64,000 nt of DNA from an uncultured Gemmatimonadales bacterium (GTDB lineage: Bacteria > Gemmatimonadota > Gemmatimonadetes > Gemmatimonadales > GWC2-71-9): NCBI GenBank assembly GCA_963771275.1, contig CAVYSW010000003.1, positions 1,216,001 to 1,280,000 of the forward strand, in the 5' to 3' direction. The notes under the pieces were generated by a model. It was not told the DNA's origin, searched no databases, and worked only from the letters and a program-made list of their open reading frames with translations. Both the position numbers and the translations under genes were made by a program. Positions 30,725-40,230 of this stretch are shown here, one piece after another. Position 1 is the stretch's first letter, and each line of letters opens with the position of its first letter.

Positions 30725-31255
30725 TCAATCCGTTGCGGAGAGGCTCCGCCGCGCCTCCGCGAGGCCGATCTCGCGGGTGATGGCGGGGGGCCAGTCGCCG
30801 GCCGCGAGCCGCGCGTCGAGAGTCGCCCGCTCGCCGGCGATCTGCTCGCGCATGGCTTCGTCGAGCAGGCCCGCGCGCAGAGCCGCGTCGAGCTCGTCCT
30901 CGTCGAGCCAGCTGGCGGGCCCGGTCACCGGCAGCCAGTGGTCGAGGAAGAGATCGGTGCAGTACCAGTCGTCGCCTGCGAAACGGATGGGCGCGCGCAG
31001 GTTCGAGTACCAACCGGTGAACGTGCCGTCGGCGAGATGGAACCGTCCGACGTCCCACCCCAGCGCCGGAAACACGAACCACACGATCGGCGCGCCGGCC
31101 GAGAGAATCAGCCGCTCGCCGGCGTAGCTGTTGCCACCGGGGTAATCGGCCAGCAGCGTGACCTTCACGTCGGGCCGGTCGAGCACGAGCCGCTCGTGGA
31201 ACACGGTCGTGCCCCGATCGGGGCGATGGTAGTGAATCCGGACCTGTTTCGACAC
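30725..31255 (-). CDS. DUF402 family protein
   Basis: GRFHLADGTFTGWYSNL, TDLFLDHW and LDEDEL motifs. Confidence 0.8.
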   Translation of the reverse strand: MSKQVRIHYHRPDRGTTVFHERLVLDRPDVKVTLLADYPGGNSYAGERLILSAGAPIVWFVFPALGWDVGRFHLADGTFTGWYSNLRAPIRFAGDDWYCTDLFLDHWLPVTGPASWLDEDELDAALRAGLLDEAMREQIAGERATLDARLAAGDWPPAITREIGLAEARRSLSATD

Positions 31256-31282
31256 GGTGACCCCGAAGATATATTCGCGCCC

Positions 31283-32173
31283 ATGCGACCTGCCATCGTG
31301 TTTCCCGCGCTCCTCGCCGCCGAGCTCGCCGGCTGCCGGCACGCGCCGCCGTACCTGTCCCGCGAGGTCGACGCGCGCATTGCCGCGAGCGGTGCCGAGG
31401 CGGTCGGCGTCTACTACCAGAACCTCACGCGGCCGGACTCGCTGCTCCACAGCGCCGATCTCCGGATGCACGCTGCGAGCACCATGAAGGTGCCGGTGAT
31501 GATTCAGGTGTTCCGCGACGTCGAGGCGGGGCGGTTCGGCCTCGACGACAGCGTGGCGGTCGTGAACGCGTTCCACTCCCTCGTGGACGGCTCGGTCTAT
31601 TCGCTCAACGTGGCCGACGACAGCGACAGCACGCTGTACACGCGGGTGGGCGGCCCGGCTTCGATCCGCGAGCTGGTGGAGCTGATGATCACCTCCTCGA
31701 GCAACTTCGCCACCAACCTCCTGATGGAGATGGTGAAGGCGGACCGCGTGACCGCCACCATGCGCGGGCTGGGGGCCGACTCGATCAACGTGCTGCGGGG
31801 AGTCGAGGATCAGAAGGCGTACGACGCGGGGTTGAGCAACACCACGACCGCGCGCGACCTCGGGATCATCCTCGCGGCCATCGCCGAGGACCGGGCCGCG
31901 AGCCCGGCCTCATGCCGGGAGATGGAGGCCATCCTGGGCCGGCAGCATTTCAACGAAGCCATCCCTGCGGGGTTGCCACCGGGCACGCGGGTGGCGCACA
32001 AGACGGGCGAGATCACGCGGATCCACCACGACGCCGCGCTGGTGGGGGTGGGGGACACGCTGCGGTACGTGCTCGTCGTGATGGTGAAGGGGCTCGATTC
32101 GCGGGACAGCTCGGCCGCGCTGATGGCCGACATCGCGCGGCTGGTGCACGCCGACGCGCGGTCGGGTCGCTGA
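31283..32173 (+). CDS. Class A beta-lactamase-like serine hydrolase, probable lipoprotein
   Basis: ASTMK (SxxK), SSN and HKTG; LAGC lipobox. Confidence 0.85.
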   Translation: MRPAIVFPALLAAELAGCRHAPPYLSREVDARIAASGAEAVGVYYQNLTRPDSLLHSADLRMHAASTMKVPVMIQVFRDVEAGRFGLDDSVAVVNAFHSLVDGSVYSLNVADDSDSTLYTRVGGPASIRELVELMITSSSNFATNLLMEMVKADRVTATMRGLGADSINVLRGVEDQKAYDAGLSNTTTARDLGIILAAIAEDRAASPASCREMEAILGRQHFNEAIPAGLPPGTRVAHKTGEITRIHHDAALVGVGDTLRYVLVVMVKGLDSRDSSAALMADIARLVHADARSGR

Positions 32174-32222
32174 GGCTCCCCAGCGGACGGAACCGGCCGG
32201 GGGCTTCGAGGTCGTCTCCTCC

Positions 32223-32501
32223 TCAGGTGCTCGGGGTCCAGATGGCCCGCGCGCGGATCAGCTCCGCGCGCCCGCCGAGGCTCAGCGGCTCCCGGCTCTT
32301 GGAGTAGAACACGAGTCCCTTGTAGGCCGTCAGGTACTTGTACCGCGTGCCGAAGAAGGTGCTCTCGCTCACCACGACGAGCGGGTCGTCGAGCCTCATC
32401 ACGAGACGCTGGAAGTCCTCGGGCTCGACCTGCACGATCGCTCCTGAGGCCTTGATCGCGTTCATGGCAGCCGCGGCGGCTGCGGCGTGTGCTGCGCTCA
32501 T
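32223..32501 (-). CDS. Hypothetical protein
   Basis: 92-aa ORF with AAGGAG RBS, following the peptidase gene. Confidence 0.7.
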   Translation of the reverse strand: MSAAHAAAAAAAMNAIKASGAIVQVEPEDFQRLVMRLDDPLVVVSESTFFGTRYKYLTAYKGLVFYSKSREPLSLGGRAELIRARAIWTPST

Positions 32502-32513
32502 GTCTGCTCCTTC

Positions 32514-34370
32514 TCAGTCGTCGGCGGGCTCGGCGCGGCCACCCAGGTGCCGGGCCAGGAACTGCTCAGCCGCCGCATAGAACTTGATGCGATTCTCGGG
32601 CTTGGCAAACCCGTGCCCTTCGTCGGGGAACAGCAGGTACTCGTGAGGGATGGCCTTGGCCGACAGGGCCGCGACGATCTGCTCGGACTCCGCCTGCTTG
32701 ACGCGCGGGTCGTTGGCCCCCTGCGCGATGAGCAGCGGGATGCGGATGCGGTCGACGTGCGTGAGGGGGGAGCGAGACCGGAGGAATTCGGCGTCGGTCT
32801 CGGGATTGCCGACCCGCTCGTGCATCATCGCGAGGAACGTGGACCAGTAGGGCGGGATCGTCTCGAGGAACGTGATCAGGTTGCTGGGCCCCACGATGTC
32901 CACGGCGCAGCGGAACAGGTCCGGCGTGAACGTCGCCCCCGCGAGCGCGGCGTACCCGCCGTACGATCCGCCGTAGATCGCGACGCGCTCGGGGTCCGCC
33001 ACACCGCGCGCGACCGCCCACTGGACGGCGTCCACGAGATCGTCGTGCATCCTGGCGCCCCACTGCCGGTTTCCCGCGTTGAGGAACTCCTTCCCGTAAC
33101 CGGTGGAGCCGCGAAAGTTGATCTGCAGGCAGGCGTAGCCCCGGTTGGCGAGCCATTGCGCTTCGGGATCGTAGCCCCACACGTCGCGGTGCCACGGGCC
33201 GCCGTGCACCAGCAAAACGAGCGGCGGGTGCGGCAGATGCGATGCCGGCGGCAGGGTGAGATACCCCTCGACGCGGAGCCCGTCCCGGGCGGTGAAGGCA
33301 ATCGGCTCCATCGCGGCCAAACTGTAGCGCAGCAGCGCGGGCCGGGTGTGAAACAGGAAGCTGCCGGTGCGCGTGGCGCGGTCGTACAGGTAATAGCCGA
33401 CCGACTCGGTATCGCGCGTGAAGGCGACTACCCACTTGTCGTCGGCGTGGGTACGGCCGGCGATCTCGAAATCGCCCGCGCTCAGCGCGGCGATCGCGGC
33501 GAAATCGGCCGCGATCGACGGGTCGAGCACCGTCCACTCCTGGCGCGCGCGGGTGAAGGCGACGGCCTGCATCTCGTGAGTATCGGGATGGACGAGCACG
33601 CCACCCATGTCGAATCGCGGGTCCTGGGCGAGGACCCGGACGGCTCCGGTTTCCAGGTCCAGTCGCGCCAGGCGGGTCGCGTTGGCATCGCGCGAGTCGG
33701 AGAGGAACAGCGCGCGCCCGTCGCGCGTGAACCCCAGCGGCCCGCTCGACAGGGCGTCGGCCGGTCCCCAGGTGACGACGGTGCGCCAGTCATCGTCCGG
33801 CCCGGCGCGCACGCGAAGCAGCGCGCCCCCGTCGTCGGTCGTGGCCACGGCGGCGCGGACGGCGAGGTCGGCATCGGCGACCCAGCCTACGACGTCGCCG
33901 GGGTTCGGGGCAACCCGGTCGAGCGCGTCGGTGCGGAGATCGAGGTGATAGACGTCGTGCAACCGCTCGTCATCGCGATTCAGGCCGAGCAGGACCTCGT
34001 GCGGGTGCCGCTTGTCGTGGGCGATGATCTGGGCCTGCACGTTGTCGAACGGCGTGAGGTCGACGACGGTCCCCGCGTCGGGCTCCACCTTGTACAACCG
34101 CCAGTTCTCGTCGCCGCCCCGGTCCTGCAGATAGAGCAGGTGACGGTTGTCGTGCGCCCAGGCGTAGGACCGGATGCCGCGATCGGTATCGCGCGTGACG
34201 GGCCGGAAGTCGCTTCCACCCGCGGTGCCGACCCAGACGTTGAGCACCCCGTCCACCGGGGCGAGATACGCGAGGCGACGGCCGTCGGGCGAGAGCTCGG
34301 GGCTTGCCCGTTCCGGGTTGCCGAACAGGACGGCGCGCGGGATGAGCGGCGGCAGGTTGGGCTGCGTCAT
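32514..34370 (-). CDS. S9 family peptidase (acylaminoacyl/dipeptidyl peptidase-like)
   Basis: HGGPW, GGSYGGY, GANDPRV and DEGHGF; N-terminal propeller region. Confidence 0.93.
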   Translation of the reverse strand: MTQPNLPPLIPRAVLFGNPERASPELSPDGRRLAYLAPVDGVLNVWVGTAGGSDFRPVTRDTDRGIRSYAWAHDNRHLLYLQDRGGDENWRLYKVEPDAGTVVDLTPFDNVQAQIIAHDKRHPHEVLLGLNRDDERLHDVYHLDLRTDALDRVAPNPGDVVGWVADADLAVRAAVATTDDGGALLRVRAGPDDDWRTVVTWGPADALSSGPLGFTRDGRALFLSDSRDANATRLARLDLETGAVRVLAQDPRFDMGGVLVHPDTHEMQAVAFTRARQEWTVLDPSIAADFAAIAALSAGDFEIAGRTHADDKWVVAFTRDTESVGYYLYDRATRTGSFLFHTRPALLRYSLAAMEPIAFTARDGLRVEGYLTLPPASHLPHPPLVLLVHGGPWHRDVWGYDPEAQWLANRGYACLQINFRGSTGYGKEFLNAGNRQWGARMHDDLVDAVQWAVARGVADPERVAIYGGSYGGYAALAGATFTPDLFRCAVDIVGPSNLITFLETIPPYWSTFLAMMHERVGNPETDAEFLRSRSPLTHVDRIRIPLLIAQGANDPRVKQAESEQIVAALSAKAIPHEYLLFPDEGHGFAKPENRIKFYAAAEQFLARHLGGRAEPADD

Positions 34371-34376
34371 CGAAGG

Positions 34377-34480
34377 AATGTCCAATGTCCAATGTCCAAT
34401 AGCCAACTCCCAAAGGTCACCCGCCACCCGCCAACCACCATCGGCTAACGGCCATCGGCTAACGGCCAACGGCTAACGGC
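34377..34480. repeat. Compound heptamer repeats
   Basis: AATGTCC x3, CACCCGC x2, then CGGCTAA/CGGCCAT-type units. Confidence 0.8.
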
Positions 34481-34844
34481 GAACCCGCCTCCACCGGGCA
34501 ATGACCACGCCGTAGGCGATCAGGTTCACCACGACTACGCCCGTTCCCAGCACGATCTGCACGGTCGGGGTGAGCCCGGCGGGGTAGACCACGGGGATGA
34601 CGTAGTGCTCCACGAAGCCGCTGGTGTAGCCGGCATCACCCGCTCGCTGGCGTAGCGCGTTCTCGAGCGGCGTGAGCGGGCAGATCCAGCCCGCGAACTC
34701 GATCAGCGCTCCCCAGGCAGCCGCCGGCACGTGCGCCCACGCCAGCCTCCGCCAACGCCAGACCAGGAGCCCGCCTCCGATGACGAACGCGATGAACAGC
34801 ACGTGTACGGCGACCACCAGGTCCGCCGCGAGGCGGTAGGGCAT
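34473..34844 (-). CDS. DUF2784 membrane protein
   Basis: WICPLTPLENALR and GFVEHYVIPVVYP. Confidence 0.9.
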   Translation of the reverse strand: MPYRLAADLVVAVHVLFIAFVIGGGLLVWRWRRLAWAHVPAAAWGALIEFAGWICPLTPLENALRQRAGDAGYTSGFVEHYVIPVVYPAGLTPTVQIVLGTGVVVVNLIAYGVVIARWRRVRR

Positions 34845-35674
34845 CAGGCGCCCGCCAGGGTGAGCGTCGCGCGCAGACCGAAGTGATCGGAGACCGGGGG
34901 CTGGTGGAGGCACAGCACGGGCGGCTCCGGTCCCGCCGCGATACCGGGTCCGCGGAAGAAGACCTGGGTGAGGCGGCGGTCGGGTCGGTGCCACGGGAGG
35001 TAGCGGGCGTAGCGGTTGGTCGACGGCGCCATGGTGTGCAGTCCGGTACTGCGCCCACCCGCGACCTCCGCGAAGCCGTGCTCGGCGAGCAGCTCAAACC
35101 CGCTCGGCCCGCGGTCGGGTCGCTCCAGCTCGACCGCCATGTTGAAGTCGCCCGCGAGAATCGTGGGAAGGCCCGGCTCGAGCGGGCCGCGCTGCAGGAC
35201 CTGGCGTACCTGGACGGCCCGCACCCGCGCGTCGATGGGACGGGTTCCCGCGTAGAGATGGACGTTGCCCACGAGCAGCGAGCCGGCGGGCGTCGCGAGG
35301 TGCGTCCAGAGGACACCCTTGTGGCCGATCCGCTCGTCGAGCTTCATGCCGCTGAAATGACGCGAGGGCTGAAATGCCGTGCGCGCGATCGGCCAGCGGG
35401 AGAGCGTGAGCAGACCGCCCGAGCCGTCGAAGCGGAGCAGCCACCGGCGCCGCTGCTCGCGCGCCAGCGCGTCGGCATGATACTCGGGAAGCGTGGCGAG
35501 GAGCGTGCGGCGGAAGCCCGGGAGGAACGCCTCCTGGAGCAGCAGAAGATCGGTGCGCTGACGCGGGAGGCGCGCCCGGAGACGCTCGCGGCGCAGGGCG
35601 CGATCCAGGCCGGGGAACGGGACCGGCAGATCCCAGATGTTGATGCTGACCAGCTGGACGACGACTCCCGTCAT
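34844..35674 (-). CDS. Endonuclease/exonuclease/phosphatase family protein
   Basis: SINIW, LQE, NVHL, GDFN and SDH motifs. Confidence 0.88.
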   Translation of the reverse strand: MTGVVVQLVSINIWDLPVPFPGLDRALRRERLRARLPRQRTDLLLLQEAFLPGFRRTLLATLPEYHADALAREQRRRWLLRFDGSGGLLTLSRWPIARTAFQPSRHFSGMKLDERIGHKGVLWTHLATPAGSLLVGNVHLYAGTRPIDARVRAVQVRQVLQRGPLEPGLPTILAGDFNMAVELERPDRGPSGFELLAEHGFAEVAGGRSTGLHTMAPSTNRYARYLPWHRPDRRLTQVFFRGPGIAAGPEPPVLCLHQPPVSDHFGLRATLTLAGA

Positions 35675-36894
35675 CCGCGCGGCGCGTTCCGCTCGGCGGC
35701 GCCACGCAGCGCCGCACACATCGCCACGTCGCCGGTCACGCTCGCCGCCGTCCGGAACATGTCGGGGATGCGGTCGATGCCCAGCAGGATGCCCAAGCCG
35801 TCGAGCGGCACCCCCATCGCGACGAGGGCGGGCGGCAGCGTCATGATGCTGGCGCTCGGTACGGCGGCGATGGTGGACGCCGTGAGGAACAGGGCAAGCA
35901 CGGCTCCCGCCAGCGCCGCCGGTGGGATGGCACCGCCGTACAGGTGCGCGAGAAACACCACGGCGGCTCCCTGGAACAGCGAGCTGCCCGCGCGGTTGAG
36001 CGTCACGGCGAGCGGCAGGACGAAGCCGGTCACGGCACGCGGCAGGTGGAGCGTCGCTTCGGTCGTCTCGAACAGCGCGGGCAGGGACGCGATCGAGCTG
36101 GTGGTCGAAAAGCCGATCGTGGCGGGCGGGAGGCTCGCGACGAGGAAACGGCCCGGTGCCAGACCGCCCCAGAATCGGGCGGCGGGGACGTAGACCAGGG
36201 CGATGAAGATCGCGAGGCCGATGAGCACGGCGCCGACGAACACGCCGAGGCTGCGCAATAGTCCGAGCCCGGTGTCGGCCGCCACCGGGGCGGCGAGGGC
36301 GAACACGCCGAGCGGGGCCGTCCAGAGGATCCAATGGACCAGCTTGACGAGGGCGCCGGTCGTCGCGTCGGCGAGGTCGAGGAGACGGCGTTTCTGCTCG
36401 ACCGGGAGGGTGGCGGCGGCGGCGCCGAACAGGACGGTGCAGACGATGAGCGGGAGCAGCGCGCCCTCGGCCGCGGCCTGAAACGCGTTGGCCGGGACCA
36501 GACCCACGAGGAAGTCCACGACACTCGGCACCCGTGGGGGCTGGACGGCGGCGGCCGTCACGGCCAGCGCGCCGCTGCCGGCCAGCGGCAGTGCCGCCGC
36601 CATCACACCCATGCCGATGAGGATGGCGATGAGGGTGGTGGCCCAGATGAATCCCAGGGTGCGGGCGCCGAGCCGGCCGAGCTGGCGCAGGTCGCCGAGC
36701 CCGGCGATGCCGGTGAACAGCGTGGTGGCGACGAGCGGCAGGACCACCATCTTCACCAGATTGAGAAAAACGGTGCCGAGCGGCGCCACCGCGCGGGCCA
36801 CGTCGAGCAGCAGCGGTGTACCGGTGGCAGCGGCCCACAGGCCCAGCCCGAGGCCGAGCACGAGCCCGACCACGATGGCGAGGTTCCTAGTCAT
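35671..36894 (-). CDS. Dicarboxylate/amino acid:cation symporter (GltP family)
   Basis: FLNLVKMVVLPLV, FSTTSSIASLP, PLAVTLN and IDRIPDMFRT. Confidence 0.92.
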   Translation of the reverse strand: MTRNLAIVVGLVLGLGLGLWAAATGTPLLLDVARAVAPLGTVFLNLVKMVVLPLVATTLFTGIAGLGDLRQLGRLGARTLGFIWATTLIAILIGMGVMAAALPLAGSGALAVTAAAVQPPRVPSVVDFLVGLVPANAFQAAAEGALLPLIVCTVLFGAAAATLPVEQKRRLLDLADATTGALVKLVHWILWTAPLGVFALAAPVAADTGLGLLRSLGVFVGAVLIGLAIFIALVYVPAARFWGGLAPGRFLVASLPPATIGFSTTSSIASLPALFETTEATLHLPRAVTGFVLPLAVTLNRAGSSLFQGAAVVFLAHLYGGAIPPAALAGAVLALFLTASTIAAVPSASIMTLPPALVAMGVPLDGLGILLGIDRIPDMFRTAASVTGDVAMCAALRGAAERNAPRG

Positions 36895-36930
36895 CGGCTA
36901 CTTTCCGCGTTTCCGTCACGGGAGGTTCCG

Positions 36931-37728
36931 GTGGCTCACGCGCAAACCACAACGCCCCGCTGGGCGCTCGTCCTGGGGGCCTCAAGCGGGTTCGGCGAAG
37001 CGTGCGTCCGGGCGCTCGCCGCCGCTGGGTACGACATAGCGGGGGTGCATCTCGACCGCAAGGCCGGGCTCGAGCACGTCGGCGAGCTGAAAGCCGACAT
37101 TGCGCGGCTGGGGCGTCGGGTCCTGTTCTTCAACATCAACGCGGCCGACGAGGGGAAGCGGCGCGAGGTGATGGACGCGTTGGCGCGGGAGCTCCAGGCG
37201 AGCGGTGGGGGGGTGGCGGTGCTGATGCACTCGCTCGCGTTTGGGACGCTGAAGCCCTACATCGGCGAGGACGTGTTGAACAAGGCGAACATCGAGATGA
37301 CGCTCGACGTGATGGCGCACTCGCTGGTGTACTGGGTGCAGGACGTGATCCGCGGCGGCCTGATGGGGCGGGGGGGACGGGTGTTCGCGATGACGTCGTC
37401 GGGATCGAATCGTGTGATCCCATCGTACGGCGCCGTGTCGGCGGCCAAGTCCGCGCTCGAGTCGCACGTGCGGCAGCTGGCGGTCGAGCTGGCCGCGCAC
37501 GGCATCACGGTGAACGCCGTGCGCGGCGGCGTGACCGATACGCCGGCGGCACGGCGGATACCGGGGAGCGATCGGCTGTTCGAGGAGGCGAAGCGACGCA
37601 ATCCCCATCGGCGGCTCACCACGCCGGAGGACGTCGCGCAGGCAGTGGTGGCCTTGAGCACGCCGGGCGCCGACTGGATCACCGGCAACGTCATCAACGT
37701 GGACGGCGGGGAGGAAGTCTCGGGCTGA
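36931..37728 (+). CDS. SDR oxidoreductase, enoyl-ACP reductase (FabL-like)
   Basis: GGAGG RBS then GTG; GASSGFG and YGAVSAAK (Yx6K). Confidence 0.8.
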   Translation: MAHAQTTTPRWALVLGASSGFGEACVRALAAAGYDIAGVHLDRKAGLEHVGELKADIARLGRRVLFFNINAADEGKRREVMDALARELQASGGGVAVLMHSLAFGTLKPYIGEDVLNKANIEMTLDVMAHSLVYWVQDVIRGGLMGRGGRVFAMTSSGSNRVIPSYGAVSAAKSALESHVRQLAVELAAHGITVNAVRGGVTDTPAARRIPGSDRLFEEAKRRNPHRRLTTPEDVAQAVVALSTPGADWITGNVINVDGGEEVSG

Positions 37729-37742
37729 GCCTGCGACGGGCG

Positions 37743-38303
37743 CTACGGCGTTTCCTTCCGCAGGCGGGCCAGCTCGGTCTCGACCTGACCGAGCCGCTGC
37801 GTGATCGCTTCCTCGATCGGCCCGCTCACGCTCACCGGGACGCCCCGCTGATTGAACAGCGTCTCGACGAGGGCGTCGGTGTAGCCCACCACGACGTGGG
37901 CAATGCCCGTGTCGAGCACCCGGTTGAGCCGGAGCACGGTGGCCATCGAGGCGCGGGCGGGCAGGGCGGCGATCACTTCCGACAGATGGCGGATCAGCAG
38001 CTCCCGCAGGTGCTGCATCTCCTCCACCACCTCGCCGGCGGCGAGCCCGCGATCGGCCGCGGTCTTGCCGAATCCCTCGCACGCGACGAGCCAGAGCTCG
38101 ACGGCGCGGCGGCGGAGTGGTCCCGACATCTCGATGAGGATGTCGACCAGCAGGGCGATCTGTCGCTCGATGACGCCCGCGGTCACACTCGGGGCGGCGG
38201 CGACCCGGTCGAGCGTCCACCGCGTCCAATCGCGGATCAACTCGTCGCGGGCGGTGCCGAGCGCACGGCTCACCGCGACGAGCGTGGGGTGGGGTGGACG
38301 CAT
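37743..38303 (-). CDS. Hypothetical all-helical protein, RsbRD N-terminal-like (start uncertain)
   Basis: RDELIRDW and GLAAGEVVEEMQHLRELL pattern. Confidence 0.5.
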   Translation of the reverse strand: MRPPHPTLVAVSRALGTARDELIRDWTRWTLDRVAAAPSVTAGVIERQIALLVDILIEMSGPLRRRAVELWLVACEGFGKTAADRGLAAGEVVEEMQHLRELLIRHLSEVIAALPARASMATVLRLNRVLDTGIAHVVVGYTDALVETLFNQRGVPVSVSGPIEEAITQRLGQVETELARLRKETP

Positions 38304-38385
38304 CACGAGTCCGATACTGGCCTCCTTGGCCAAAGGGGGGCGCCGGGAATCTAGTGAGGTCAGGTGAGGGAGGTCAAAGCCCGCC

Positions 38386-39234
38386 ATGGCGACACCGGTG
38401 CTGACACGATTCGAGCTGCGCGGCGCGGACGGGGAAGCGCTGCGCGGAGACGTCCGCTCCGCGGGGCGGGAGGGCGTTCGTCCGGCTGTCGTGATCTGTC
38501 ACGGGTTCAAGGGGTTCAAGGACTGGGGGTTCTTCCCGCACCTGGCGGACCGGCTGGCGCGGGGCGGGGTCACAGCGGTGTCGTTCAACTTCTCCGGCAG
38601 CGGCGTGGGCCCCGACGGCGAGACGTTCAGCGAGCCGGAGCGGTTCGGGCACGCGACCCTGGGCAAGGACCTGCGGGACCTCGACGCGGTGCTGGCGACG
38701 CTGCGTGGCGGATCCCTCGTGCCCGGGCTGGTCGCTCCGTCGGGGGTGGGGCTGTTCGGCCACAGCCGCGGCGGCGGGATCGCCGTGCTGCGCACGGCGC
38801 GGGACTCCGGGGTCCGGGCTCTGGTCACGTGGTCGGCGATCGGGAGCGTTCTGCGGTGGGGGCCGGAGACGGTCGCCAAGTGGCGCCGCGAGGGCCGCAT
38901 GACCGTCACGAACATGCGTACGGGCGACGTGCTGCCGCTCTACACCGACGCGCTCGACGAACTGGAGGCCGACACCCTGGGCCTGCTGGACATTGGCGCG
39001 GCGGCGGCCGCGATTCGGGCACCATGGCTCATCGTGCACGGTGAGTCGGACGAGTCGGTGGCGGCGAGGGAAGCCCGCCTGCTCCAGCAGCAGAGCGCGG
39101 GGCGCGGCGAGCTGCTCCTGATACCGCATGGGTCGCATACGTTTGGGACTCGGCACCCATGGGCGGGGACGACGCGCGAGCTGGAGCAGGCGATGGACGC
39201 CACGGTGGGCTGGTTCCTGCGCGCGCTGTTCTGA
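38386..39234 (+). CDS. Alpha/beta hydrolase
   Basis: CHGFKGFKDWGFF, GHSRGG, HGESD and SHTF. Confidence 0.9.
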   Translation: MATPVLTRFELRGADGEALRGDVRSAGREGVRPAVVICHGFKGFKDWGFFPHLADRLARGGVTAVSFNFSGSGVGPDGETFSEPERFGHATLGKDLRDLDAVLATLRGGSLVPGLVAPSGVGLFGHSRGGGIAVLRTARDSGVRALVTWSAIGSVLRWGPETVAKWRREGRMTVTNMRTGDVLPLYTDALDELEADTLGLLDIGAAAAAIRAPWLIVHGESDESVAAREARLLQQQSAGRGELLLIPHGSHTFGTRHPWAGTTRELEQAMDATVGWFLRALF

Positions 39235-39396
39235 CATGCGCGGCCGCCGGTGCGTGCGTCGAGCGGGATGGGATGAGGACGGCGCGAGAGGCGAACGATG
39301 CTTGCAGGTTGCGGACAACCGCGCGATGTGCGCGACCGGAACAGACCGCCCGTTCGACCGGCGACTGCCAGTCGTGTGCGGGGACTACGAAGCGAA

Positions 39397-39423
39397 ACGG
39401 GCGACCGTTGCTGGGTCGCCCGT
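39397..39423 (-). terminator. Probable intrinsic terminator
   Basis: 10-bp stem ACGGGCGACC/GGTCGCCCGT with a 7-nt loop, then a short T-rich tail on the minus strand just after the small ORF stop. Confidence 0.6.
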
Positions 39424-39429
39424 CAGGCG

Positions 39430-39573
39430 TCACAGGCCCGCGGCGTAGAGATCTCCCACGTCGCGGTACCGGCTTCTCGCTCCTACAGGGACCCTGCGAC
39501 GACGGAGGCCCAGCAGGTAGCCCGCCGCGGCAAGCGCGGCCAATGCAACGAGTCCGACACCAAGATTCCGAAT
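39430..39573 (-). CDS. 47-aa small membrane protein with putative ATT start
   Basis: AGGAGG-tcgct-ATT; (M)RNLGVGLVALAALAAAGYLLGLRRRRVPVGARSRYRDVGDLYAAGL*; terminator follows. Confidence 0.6.
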   Translation of the reverse strand: MRNLGVGLVALAALAAAGYLLGLRRRRVPVGARSRYRDVGDLYAAGL

Positions 39574-39642
39574 AGCGACCTCCTGTGCGAGTGGGCGTGA
39601 ACACCACTACCAAGATAACCACATTGGCAAGTCCTGTGCCCG

Positions 39643-40230
39643 GTGCCGAAGCGCGTGCCAGCTGACGACTTCCGCCGCCTCAGCGAGCTGCTTGCCGGTC
39701 ACCGGCCGCGCCAGGTCAGCGCCACGCCGGACCAGCGCGAAGCCGCGGTCGCCGCCGTGCTCACGCCCAACCCCGCCGGCGCCCCGGACTTGCTGCTGAT
39801 CAAGCGCGCCGAGCATCCCGGCGACCCGTGGTCGGGCCAAATCGCGCTGCCGGGCGGACGCCGGGACCCCGGGGATGCCAACCTGTTGGCCACGGCCGTC
39901 CGCGAAACCGATGAAGAAACCGGCATCGCGCTACCGCCCGCCTCCTGTCTGGGACAGCTCGACGACCTCAGTCCGGTGTCGCGGCACCTGCCGCAGCTCG
40001 TCGTGCGCCCCTATGTGTTCTACCTGCCGATCAAGCCGAAGGTCATTCCGAGTGACGAAGTCGCACTTCACCTGTGGGTGGGCTGCGACGTGCTTCTCGC
40101 GCACCGGAGTGAGGAGTCACTGGTCATTCGCGGCGAGACCTGGCGGGTGACGGGATACCGGGTCGGCCCCCACTTCATCTGGGGGATGACCGAGCGTATC
40201 CTCTCACCGTTTCTGGAGTTGGCGTTCTGA
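39643..40230 (+). CDS. Nudix CoA pyrophosphatase (NudL-like)
   Basis: WSGQIALPGG, Nudix box RETDEETG and IWGMT. Confidence 0.9.
   Translation: MPKRVPADDFRRLSELLAGHRPRQVSATPDQREAAVAAVLTPNPAGAPDLLLIKRAEHPGDPWSGQIALPGGRRDPGDANLLATAVRETDEETGIALPPASCLGQLDDLSPVSRHLPQLVVRPYVFYLPIKPKVIPSDEVALHLWVGCDVLLAHRSEESLVIRGETWRVTGYRVGPHFIWGMTERILSPFLELAF

Noticed and set aside
31283..32173. Acquired antibiotic resistance gene
   Set aside because: Host-like composition and no mobile context; beta-lactamase activity cannot be inferred from the motifs alone
39240..39640. Structured ncRNA or riboswitch in the long intergenic gap
   Set aside because: No recognisable tRNA, tmRNA, RNase P, SRP or riboswitch consensus; better explained by the small ORF and terminator. 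An Rfam search is needed to exclude it
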